Shown here piece by piece: positions 51,905 to 64,000 of a DNA stretch of 64,000 bases. The stretch comes from the human T2T-CHM13v2.0 reference genome, Homo sapiens. The notes under the pieces were generated by a model. That model saw nothing but the letters and a program-made list of their open reading frames with translations. It did not search any database and had not been told where the DNA came from. Both the position numbers and the translations under genes were made by a program. Numbering within the stretch: position 1 is the stretch's first letter; the number at the start of each line of letters is the position of its first letter. The stretch lies in assembly GCF_009914755.1 (NCBI RefSeq), contig NC_060927.1; one strand, 5' to 3'.

Positions 51905-53612
51905 CCAACTCCTCTATTCTTGAGCTAAGCCTCCTTTGAAACCCTCAGGATGAATTATGCACTTTATTTGTTTGTATTTCTGCATATATCAGAAAAAAAT
52001 CATTAAAATATTAACTTACTCAAAACTCAAATTATATTTTCTTATTTTATAGCCCAGGGCTTTGCACAAAATACAATCTTTTTTTTTTAATGAGAAAACA
52101 GAGGACAATATTTTTGATATGTCATCTTTAACATTAATAGTAATTAAAAATTAGTAAAAATAATTACATGACCTTTCAAAGATCTTTGTTCTAAAATAAC
52201 ATAAATAAAATGGTTTGCAACATTTTAATACAGAGAAAGGATTGTGCTACCTGCGTTTTAAATGGAATATGTTCAGTGATGCCAGTATTATGTCATTATT
52301 TGAACCTAATGCTACATTTGAAAAATATATAAACCCATACTTACCATACTCCCTATAGCAACCAACCTAGCAAGGTATATCAGATGGCCTCAATGAAAAA
52401 TTTTCTATATTAATTTTCTTTGAATCCTCAGTATCATGGCACACAAAGGAGCTCAGAATATGTCGTATGAGCTAATGAGTCAGTGGATGCCTAAAAATGA
52501 TTTATAAAAAATGATTTTTACAGTCAAAAGCCACCAATGAAATATATCCTTCATTCATCTTATGTTAAAGTAGGTATTTTTGAAATATGAGAAATGTATT
52601 GATTTCTGAATTATGTGCCAGGTTTCATTTTAGATGGCATTACAAGGCTGTTTTCCAATAGTATCTAGTACTCAATAGCCCTTGGGTGAATTCATAATTA
52701 TTTTGTATATGGTTACAGTTGCATTCATCTCTCTGCCATTCTTTCAAAGTTGGCTGCATTCAGGAGAAAATCAAGCTGAACTCACTAAGTAAACAAAGAA
52801 AACTCTTTCCAAACCATGTGATAAGGAGAGTTTTCATTTGGCAGAGCCAAGCTCTTGTCTGATGAATTAAATTATACAGTCCATTAGAATAGAAAATATA
52901 TCTTATGCCAACTTTATTCAACCCATGGATCACGGATTTGGCCTTTTGGCTGAATTATATCTTTGACAGTTGCTTTTGGGTTGCTTCCACAAAGAAAATA
53001 TTAACGTCTTTTCAAACCTCAGAATGACACCACCTGTTCATTTATTCATGAGATGGACATTTGCTGAACATCTACTATGTGGAAATAATGCCAATAGGAA
53101 GTTCATATTCTATAGGAAAGAATTAAAAAAAATATAGTCTCTATATAACAAGTCTGCAACGTATGTAAAATGCTACAGGTCTGCAGCAGATGAGGAAATT
53201 ATTTTAAATTGTCATGTGGCCATGAATAACTGAGTAGGCTTACTGAGATGACTCTTCACGGCCATGTCTTCAGTTGTAGTGAGTAGATTTAATGCACAAG
53301 GAGTATTAGACAGGTGTCTTTCCCCACTCTCAGTGGTCTATCTTGCTAAACTTATGTGCATCAGCATCCCTCTAGATACAACCATGGCAGATTCTACCAA
53401 TTAATCAGAGTTGGCTAAGCCTCAAGATAGTCTTTCTGTCACTTTTGTTGATAGAGATTAAATTCTGATGAAACTTGTTAGAACTTACTATAAGAGTAAC
53501 CAAGAATATTCAGCACAGCAATGTTGAGAAGAAAACCCAGTGAGAAAGACACATTTACTTGCGAATGTGACTTACATTCAACCATATCAACATACCTTGA
53601 AAATAAATTATA

Positions 53613-53635
53613 TGTGTGTGTGTGTGTGTGTGTGT
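53613..53635. repeat. (TG)n microsatellite
   Basis: directly visible. Confidence 0.95.
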
Positions 53636-53638
53636 CCC

Positions 53639-53966
53639 CAGTTGATTCTTTGTGTCTGTGGGTTCCGCAACTGTCAGTTTGAACCACTATGAATAAAAAG
53701 TATTCAAAAACTAATAATGAACCAAAAGTGAAAATACAGCAATACAAATTATACAAATAAAACCTATACGGTGTAAGAACTATTTACATAGCATTACATG
53801 GTATTAGGCATTACGAGTAATCTAGAGTTGATTTAAAGAATACAGGAGAATGTATGCAGATTATATATGCACTTACTATGCCATTTTATACAAGGGACCT
53901 GAGCATCCACAAATTTGGGTGTCAAGTGTCCTTGAACTAATCACCCGTTGATACCAATGAAGGCAT
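53639..53966. mobile_element. MER2/MER2B TcMar-Tigger element
   Basis: CAGTTGATTCTTTGTGTCTGTGGGTTCCGCA...AACTATTTACATAGCATT...GTAATCTAGAGTTGATTTAAAG...GCCATTTTATACAAGGGACCTGAGCATCC. Confidence 0.88.
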
Positions 53967-55814
53967 GTGTGTGGGGTTGGTGGGGGGGGCCTATGCTGTT
54001 TTAGGATTTCTTAATTCTTTATATTATAAACATATATTTGGTAGATGTTTTAATAAAAGGAAAATCCATTTTAATTTTCTAATTACTTTGAATTATTTGA
54101 TATAATATGATTATAATAAATATTTGCTAAGACCATGGGACATGCATGTAAAACTAATATCAACTTCTAAAGCAAGCAATATATTTTTTAAATCTTTAAT
54201 CTTTTTAACCTTTTATAGAAATATAAAGAATTTGTATTATTATGTAACTAGAAAAGAAAACATACATATACTCATACCAAAGCCAAAATTAGCATAAAAA
54301 GTAGAAATCATACACAACCTTTTATAAATACAGTGGATTTTGCACTTAAACTGTTCATTGATATGAAATTGTCTATATAGCTCTCTAAATATGATTATAA
54401 TACTTGTCTTAAGAAAACAACAGAACCTCTCTCAAATAACTTCTTTGGGACCTGTTACTTGTCTTTTATGTTGACTTGCACTTTTTAAATCTGTAGCAAT
54501 TATTTTTCTCATAGTGAGTTGCATTTCATTGGCACTGCTGTTAATATCATGTTTGATTAGCCATTAGTGGTTTAACTCACCACGCGAACTATGAAACTGT
54601 TGTTCATAAGATAAATATTAATATCATTTATTTTCTATGACATTTTAACGCTAGAAACATTGCTGCTAACGTAATTACAAGATGGTCTGGAGCTGTTAAT
54701 TCCACAAAGTTCATTTGTGATTTCAATGGAATTCTGAAATTATGATAGTTACCAAATAATTTATGCAAAGTAACGAGTGCTTCATTTTACTCACCGGAAT
54801 TAAAAAGATGTCCACATTATAGCTTCGTGTTTTTAAAGAGACTTAATTATCTTTTATTCTTTTATACATAATGACAGTGAAATTTGTTTTTAGATATGAT
54901 GCTTTTACACTTTCGTTGAGATTAACAGAACTAGAAATAAATCACTGGCATAAAAATTCCTCTAATGTGAGATATGATAACTTACATTATTATATTCATT
55001 TTTCAAGATATCTGTGAGTTGGTATTGTTTTCTGATAAAATGTTATAACAATTTTATCATTACTTTTATACATTTTTAAAAAATATTTTCTCTACTATAT
55101 TAACCTGAACACCCTAAAATACTCATATTTTACTCTTAGTAAATCTCTATATAATTATAACTTCAAAATAATATTGAAAGGCTGATATTAATAAGTACTT
55201 CTCTGGTACACTAAAATCATATTTTGCTTGTAATTTTGGGGGGTAAATTTTTATGTCATTTTTCTTCACTAATGCAATATCTCTTTTTGTTTTACCAAAC
55301 TGTCATAAACCATTAGCTTAAACTAACAACAAAATTAAATCCCTTTAGTTTTAATTTCCTGCATTTTTTAATTTCAAAAGTTTCACTAAATATTCAATGC
55401 TTTTGTAGAGCTTTCTCTAGAAACCAGCTTGTTATAACTTTCCAGCTTGATAATACTTTGTTTACAGATTATGTGTACATTCAAAATTATAGATCTTTTT
55501 TCATGAACGCATTTTATCCTATATATAACAATCACTGATCTTATTTTTTAAAGAGACCAAGAACTTGTTTTCTGATAGACATGGCCATTAGATATATATT
55601 CCCAAATACAGCTTGATAGATTGCCTTTTGTTTTTTGTTTTTTTTTTGGACCCACTTTTTCTTTCCAGCTTTTTCCAGTTCTCATATGTAAATTTATTTT
55701 ATTATTAGCATTCAATAGCCTGCTGTAAACTGACTCCCTGTAGAAATGAAAACAGAGGGAGTAATTTGCAAGCAAGCTACACTTATTGCCTGATTCTTTT
55801 TACCTTAAAACTAT

Positions 55815-56268
55815 TGAGAAAGATTCTTTCCTTGACCAAATTTTACTTAGGCTTCTTTGAGCCCTCATTTTGAGTAGGCTTCATCCTGGGGCCATCTTTG
55901 GCCTGCTTAGTTCAATTATAGCAAGAATCCAGCCAAGGCAGATGAGCAAGAATTCCCACCTTGATAGCGGATAGCCTTCAATACCCGATCTAAGAAATCA
56001 CACCTTTGATAGCTGAGCACCCTGGCCTTCCTTCTGTAAGAATCCCGTTAGATCACATTCCAAAAGAAGCTCCCTACCCTTATTGTCTCCTCTTAGTAAT
56101 TTTCCATCCACTGAGCCCTTACTTCGTTCCTTGGCTATAAATTCCCACTTTTCTTTATTTTAGTCATAGTTGAGGCCAGTCCTCCTATAGCAATACCCCT
56201 ATTGCAAAAGTCATGAATAAAGATTTTCTTACCATTTTAATGAGTGTCAGGATTTTTTTTCTTTAATA
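55815..56268 (+). mobile_element. MER31-like ERV1 solo LTR
   Basis: TGAGAAAGATTCTTTCCTTGACCAAA...TCTCCTCTTAGTAATTTTCCATCCACTGA...TTGGCTATAAATTCCCACTT...GAATAAAG; 4-bp TSD CTAT/CTGT. Confidence 0.82.
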
Positions 56269-56511
56269 CTGTTCAGGCTAATGTATACAGGTTAGTATTT
56301 ACATCTATTTTTTTAAATTATAAAACATTTAACAAATCTCTTATCCTTGAGACCTTCAACTAAAGAGCAATAAAAGTTCAACAATATAGAGACTAAAAGT
56401 ATATTGAGGCATAAGCTAAATTAAAATAAAAATGAAAACTAGGAAAAAATATAATGACCACCCAAACATCTGACAAAGATCTTAATACCTGAAAAATAGC
56501 AAGGGCTTTTA

Positions 56512-56870
<359 letters not shown>

Positions 56871-57019
56871 ATAAAAAAGTCATGAAGATAAATTTGAATT
56901 ACAAATAAAAATGATATGCAAACAGTTTTTAAATCCATGAATAGGTGTTCAAACTTAGAGACTTCTAATTGTCTCTTAATAGCCATTCTTTTTATTTAGT
57001 AAAAATTACTGTAAAACAA

Positions 57020-57720
<701 letters not shown>

Positions 57721-57845
57721 AGCACAAATTTTATTCTATATACAAAATTAATTCAAATGATTTTTAGTTTTGGGTTAGCAAAGATAAAAAAATGGTTGAG
57801 ACTATTTTTGTTTGGGTGTGGAAAAACAGGCAACCATGCATTCTT

Positions 57846-59188
<1,343 letters not shown>

Positions 59189-59369
59189 GCAATCATGTAT
59201 TCTTAATGGTGTGGTAAATGTAAATTGGTAAAAATTCTTTGAAAAATATTTGATGTCATTTCTACAAATTAAAAATTATATATTCTTTGTCCAAGAGGTA
59301 GATATATAGGAATTTAGAAATCTCTTCTAAGGAGACTTCCTGGATGTCACTCCAACACTTCTGCTTACG

Positions 59370-59692
59370 TAGTATTCCCCTCCTTTCTATGGGGATATGT
59401 TCCAACACCCTTTATGGATACCTGAAATCACAAATTTTTAAATAACTCTAAATATACATTTTTTTCCAATAATTCATACCAATGAAAAAGTTTAACTTAT
59501 AAATTATTCCCAGTAAGAAATTAACAACTAATACTAACATAGCATAATTACGACAATTTATTCTAATAAAAATTATGTTAATGTGGGCTCTGTTTTTTTT
59601 TTTCTCAAAATATGCTGTGGTACTGTACCTCTGGTAACTGAAAACTGAAACCACAGAAAACAAAATGGCAGATAAGTGGGGACTATTCTGTA
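59370..59692. mobile_element. MER44A-like TcMar-Tigger element
   Basis: GGGGATATGTTCCAACACCC...TGGATACCTGAAATCAC...AAAGTTTAACTTATAAATTA...GGTAACTGAAA...CAGATAAGTGGGGACTATTCTGTA. Confidence 0.85.
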
Positions 59693-62100
59693 TCATTTTC
59701 CAGATCTTTAGTCAAATGACGACACAGAGAGTAAGGGAGGCTGCTACAAAAACACTGAGTTGCAAATGCATCATCATTTATTGTAGAAGAAAATTTGAGA
59801 TAAGTATAAAGTTCAACAATAGGGTTATGATAAAAAAATAAAAATAAATGGAACGTTTATTTAGCAGTAGACAATCATGCATTTACAAAAGTCAAGGAAG
59901 ATTTTGGGATACTGCTGTGTGAAGACAGACGGGAAAGACTGAATATTTCTGTGAGGTTCTTCCTTCCTGGGAAAGCCTCAGGCAGTTTTGACCTCCCCTG
60001 CTTTCCTCCTATGTGTACTGACAGGATTTTCCAATTGGAAATAATCTCAAGACTGTTAAAATACTTTCAGTTTTTATCAGTGAGATCTTTTAGTGGGATA
60101 TACATGCTATATCCTGAAATAAGCCACTCCGTTACACTCGTCCTGCAGACAGAACTTGATTGTCATTCTGGAACCAAAATGTCTCCCCATGTGCAAAGGA
60201 AACATAAAGGATGCAGAGCCTCATGGTTTGGGTCTTCCTAGATACAGATGCTATACTGGTAACGTTACTTCTTTCTTGTATTCTCTACTAATTATTAGTA
60301 AAGGTCACATTGGGTAAAAATCTATAAATTGTGCGAGTCTGACAGTTCAGCCTTTAGTGATAGTTTGGTATCTGAAAACGTTGATGCATATAAAGTAAGT
60401 TAGAAGATAAATTGTCTTTATACAAAAAAAGTGTATCTATCTCTTCTTATATAGATAGGAAGAATATATTTCTAGATGAATACACAATAAATTATTAATA
60501 GTAAGGAATAAAACCAAACACTATGTTTTATGCACTAAATTATTTTTCCACATTCAAAATTACTTTTACTAAAATTGATAAAAGAAAGTAAATATAGATT
60601 TTTTGTAATTCTAGGTAAATATAACTGCCCATAACTATATTATTTATATCAAGATCTGTGAAAGCTTAGTTATTGAGTTAAACATTGTTAGATTGGTGAG
60701 GAAATTAATTCTTAAGTTCAAGCTTAGTCAATGAAACTATAATCATCATTGTATCAAGACTGAGGATTACTTTAGAATAAATCTATCAGTTAATGTAGAA
60801 GCTCATAATAAAGTTTCCTTGAAAACATTAATCAAGATTTCATCATGATAATCATGATAATGACAAAATAAGTTAAGTATAAATGTGGCATGAAAGACCC
60901 TTGAATAAATCTAGTTTATGTCTATAGTTTCAGTTTATTTAAGGTATCTGTTTATATATAAATATTCTGTTTCATTCTTTTTTGCTTTACAAGAAGTTGT
61001 ACAATACTAGGTTGTCCAACCCATTGTGTTCTCAAAGGGACTTTTCGAACAACTCAAATCCTCTTATTCTCTCCGATTTCATGATATTGAAATGTATGTT
61101 TTCTGGTCCCAACTTACTTTTCATGAAAGCTTAGATAAATACATTTGTGACTTATAGATTTTAAATTCCACAATGTTATCTTATATGAAGTTAAATATTT
61201 GGAAGAGGCTGGAGGAAAGGGTCTTTTCAGATTATATCCTTCTGTATTGCTTTTATGATATTCAAAGGATTTTTTTTTACTATTTTTATAAAAGAAGTTG
61301 GAAATACATCTCATGGCATTAAATTACCATATAAATAAACTCGAACAAAATTTCCTTCAAATGAACAATAGACCTTGTTTTCTTTTTTCTTTTTTATTTC
61401 TTTTTCAAGAATATAGCTAAGCACTATTGCGGAGAAAGATTACAAGGTACTAGATCTCTGAAAATCACTTTGAGGTAAGTGAATTAGTTTCCATGATAAG
61501 TAAATCTTATTCTGTTCAGCCACTAAAAATAAGCACCAAAAATTAGATTCATGTAACTCAGCAAAGATCTGGAATAAAAGTAATACATGAGATAAAAATC
61601 CTCATATTTTAATTATTACTCAATCTATAACTTTTCAATGTGGCATTGGGAGAAGAAAATTTAATGCTTAAATTCCCATTTTGCAACTTTACATAAAAAC
61701 AATGCCGCTGACAGGCTACAAAAGAACTTTGAAAGCAATAACAGATAACAATACAATCCTTTTTACAATAAGTTTAGAAATTAAATGATGAAAATAAAGG
61801 ACAATTAAAGATTAGGGACCTACTGATGGATAATTAAAAGCCCAGCAATTGTGATCATCAAGATTTTTTCAAAATCATCTAATTTATAGCAAGTAATTTT
61901 TTCTGAAAATAAAAATTTATTATACCATGAGATATAAAAAATATTTTGACACTTTTCCTGTGTATGAACAATAATGGCTCATGTAGAACTGGAGGAAAGA
62001 ATTTCTTTCTGGTCTGTTATAGAGAGCATTGGCTTAACAAAAGTATATCCTACATAATCTTCTCAGATTTGAATAGAGCCTTTAAGCATGGGATGATTTT

Positions 62101-62365
62101 TGTTGTTGTTGTTTAATTTCTTTCTTTTTTTAAATTATACTTTAAGTTCTGGGATACAGGTGCAGAACGTGCAGATTTGTTACACAGGTATACACGTGCC
62201 ATGGTGGTTTGCTTCATCCATCAACCTGTCATCTACATTAGGTATTTCTCCTAATGCTACCCCTCCTCTAGCCTCCCACCTCCCGACAGGCCCCAGTGTG
62301 TGATGTTCCCCTCCCTGTGTCCATGTGTTCTCATTTTTCAACTCCCACTTATGAGTGAGAACAAG
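62101..62365 (-). mobile_element. 5'-truncated L1PA7-like 3' end
   Basis: TTATACTTTAAGTTCTGGGATACAGGTGCAGAACGTGCAG...CCCACTTATGAGTGAGAACA; TSD GCAT(G/A)GGATGATTTT 62086-62100 / 62366-62380. Confidence 0.95.
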
Positions 62366-62449
62366 GCATAGGATGATTTTAAATAATCAGTGGTAGAAAG
62401 TATAACTTTCCAGGCTATGATATTCCAGTTAATGACATCTTCTCCAGCA

Positions 62450-62730
62450 ACCAGTATGTATTGAGTACATGCCTAGCCATAAACAAAATAACCAGAATTG
62501 ACCAAATACTTAATATATTCAAGACCCTGTAGGTACTTTCGTATATTCTGAGACTTAATTCTTATATCAGCTCTATGATATAAGTGTCACAGTTTATCTC
62601 ATTTTGCAGGTAAATAAGTTGAAAACCAAAGAGTTAAAGTGGCTTTTTCAGAAATGCCAGCCCAGTCAGATTAAAGCAGAAATAGACACAGCCTTTTTGT
62701 AAGTACACTCTATTGTCTTAAGTAACTCTA
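62450..62730 (-). mobile_element. MIR fragments
   Basis: TTAATTCTTATATCAGCTCTATGA...TTATCTCATTTTGCAGGTAAATAAGTTGAAAACCAAAGAGTTAAAGTGGCTT. Confidence 0.6.
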
Positions 62731-63179
62731 TTAATAGACATAAGGAAAAAAATTATTTTAAAGGTATCATTTTTAGCTTTAGTGTACCTAGAATTGAAGA
62801 CTGAAAATATGCCCACTAAAAAACAACAGTACAAAAATCACATGAGAAATCATAAGTTAACATATATTAGTATATTTACTTAAATTATTTTAATTATTCC
62901 CCCATAACTTTTAACAGAGTCTATCATTTTGAAGATGTGCTCTTTAACTGAATTAGAATTCAAGAAATAACACGATGTTATTTATTTCCATTTTTAAAAA
63001 TATGATTAAATCTATCTCCTTAGCCATTGTCAAATATTAATTTTTTGGGTACACAGACTAATTATGCATCTGCTGATAAATTAGAATAGTGTTAATAAAA
63101 TTATAAAATAATCTGAATTATATTATTCAACAAGTACAATAATATTGTTAAATATCAATAGCTATACAAACATAAATTA

Positions 63180-63382
63180 TGACTATTCATTAAATGGAAG
63201 TGGGTAATCACAAAGGCCTTCATTCTTGTCTTGAGTGGGCTGAGGAGGAGGAGGAAGAGGAGAGTTAGTCTTGCTGTCTCAGGGATGACAGAAACAGAAC
63301 AGGAGGAGGAGGAGGTAGAAGGGGAGGCAGGAGACACAGGCACATTCAGTTTAACTTTTGTTGAAAGAAATCTCTGTATAAG
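63180..63382 (-). mobile_element. Tigger2a/MER8-type DNA transposon fragment interrupted by MER52
   Basis: ATTAAATGGAAGTGGGTAATCACAAAGGCCTTCAT...GGCTGAGGAGGAGGAGGAAGAGGAG...TCTTGCTGTCTCAGGG...GAAGGGGAGGCAGGAG...TGTATAAGTG. Confidence 0.82.
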
Positions 63383-64000
63383 TGATGGCAGCTGCTGGCT
63401 GTCCGGAGCGGTCAGAGCAGTGGCAGGAGCAGCCGTGGGAGTGGCAGTGGCGGCGATAGCACCCCTGTGCCCTGCATCCCCTGTGCCCCATGTCCCGAGG
63501 CAGCTGACTGCACTGTCTCCACCTGCGTGTGGCCGGAAGGGACCCATTCCGAGGCCCGGAGCCTCCACTGGTCCAGACACTGACCTCATATCATCGCTCC
63601 CGCCCACCACCACTGTGGGGAGGAGGCGGACAGTCCTTGGAGCCTGCCCCCGGGAGCCCTCCGGAGCCTGCTGCCCTAGGGGGGCTGCCTTGATGGGCCG
63701 GGCCTAGCCGCCCACCGATGGGAAAGCAGTGCCGTCGGGCACAGAGGAGGCAGCAGAGAGGGGTCCAGCGAGGACCTGGAGCCCCTGCCCCAGGCTGTGA
63801 GGAGATGCAGTTGGGGCTACATGCTCCACAAAGCTGGTGGGAGCCAGGGACAAGCAGGAGCCCTGACCCTTCCAAGTTGGTGGGGTGGGAGCTTCCCGGG
63901 TGCGGCTGCAGACCCAGGCATCTCTGCACTCTCGGGCCTGGGAAGCCTCCTACCTTCCGGGTTGGAAACACCTGCTTCCGCTGCCTGGCTTCTCCCCGCT
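63383..64000 (+). mobile_element. MER52-family ERV1 LTR (GC-rich; runs off the window)
   Basis: Abrupt GC shift beginning TGATGGCAGCTGCTGGCTGTCCGGAGCGG; GGGGCTACATGCTCCACAAAGCTGGTGGGAGCCAGGGACAAGCAGGAGCCC and GCTGCAGACCCAGGCATCTCTGCACTCTCGGG match recalled MER52 motifs. Confidence 0.8.

Noticed and set aside
63155-63971. Three overlapping ORFs of 126-158 aa suggesting a gene 5' end
   Set aside because: They span a Tigger2 fragment and a GC-rich MER52 LTR; stop-poor composition explains the length and no domain is recognisable

Overview
AT-rich primate (almost certainly human or great ape) genomic DNA, either intergenic or deep intronic. I can support no intact cellular protein-coding gene, RNA gene or CRISPR array, and I found no new gene system. 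The ORF track is explained by Alu/L1/LTR/DNA-transposon read-through and chance. Much of the window is recognisable interspersed repeat: about 13 Alus, four L1PA insertions with target-site duplications (three of them 5'-inverted by twin priming), old L1M/L2/MIR relics, many MaLR/ERVL/ERV1 LTRs, three decayed LTR-element internal regions (two ERVL-type, one MaLR), and hAT/Tigger DNA transposons. The most unusual signals are rearrangement and retroposition scars. (1) A near-perfect 175-bp inverted duplication (27730-27904 / 28530-28706) is fused to a 1.1-kb palindromic (TA)-rich tract. (2) A complex templated insertion at 32298-32590 contains a ~165-bp copy of sequence 1.7 kb upstream plus scrambled copies of the junction. 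(3) A ~930-bp polyadenylated non-repeat retro-insert splits an MLT1D LTR (44561-45490). (4) An 82-bp TSD-flanked A-tailed insert lies in an MLT1B (36617-36698). (5) A MaLR provirus has an MLT2-type LTR at its 5' position. Repeat subfamily names come from recalled consensus sequences, not a search, and boundaries of old repeats are approximate.
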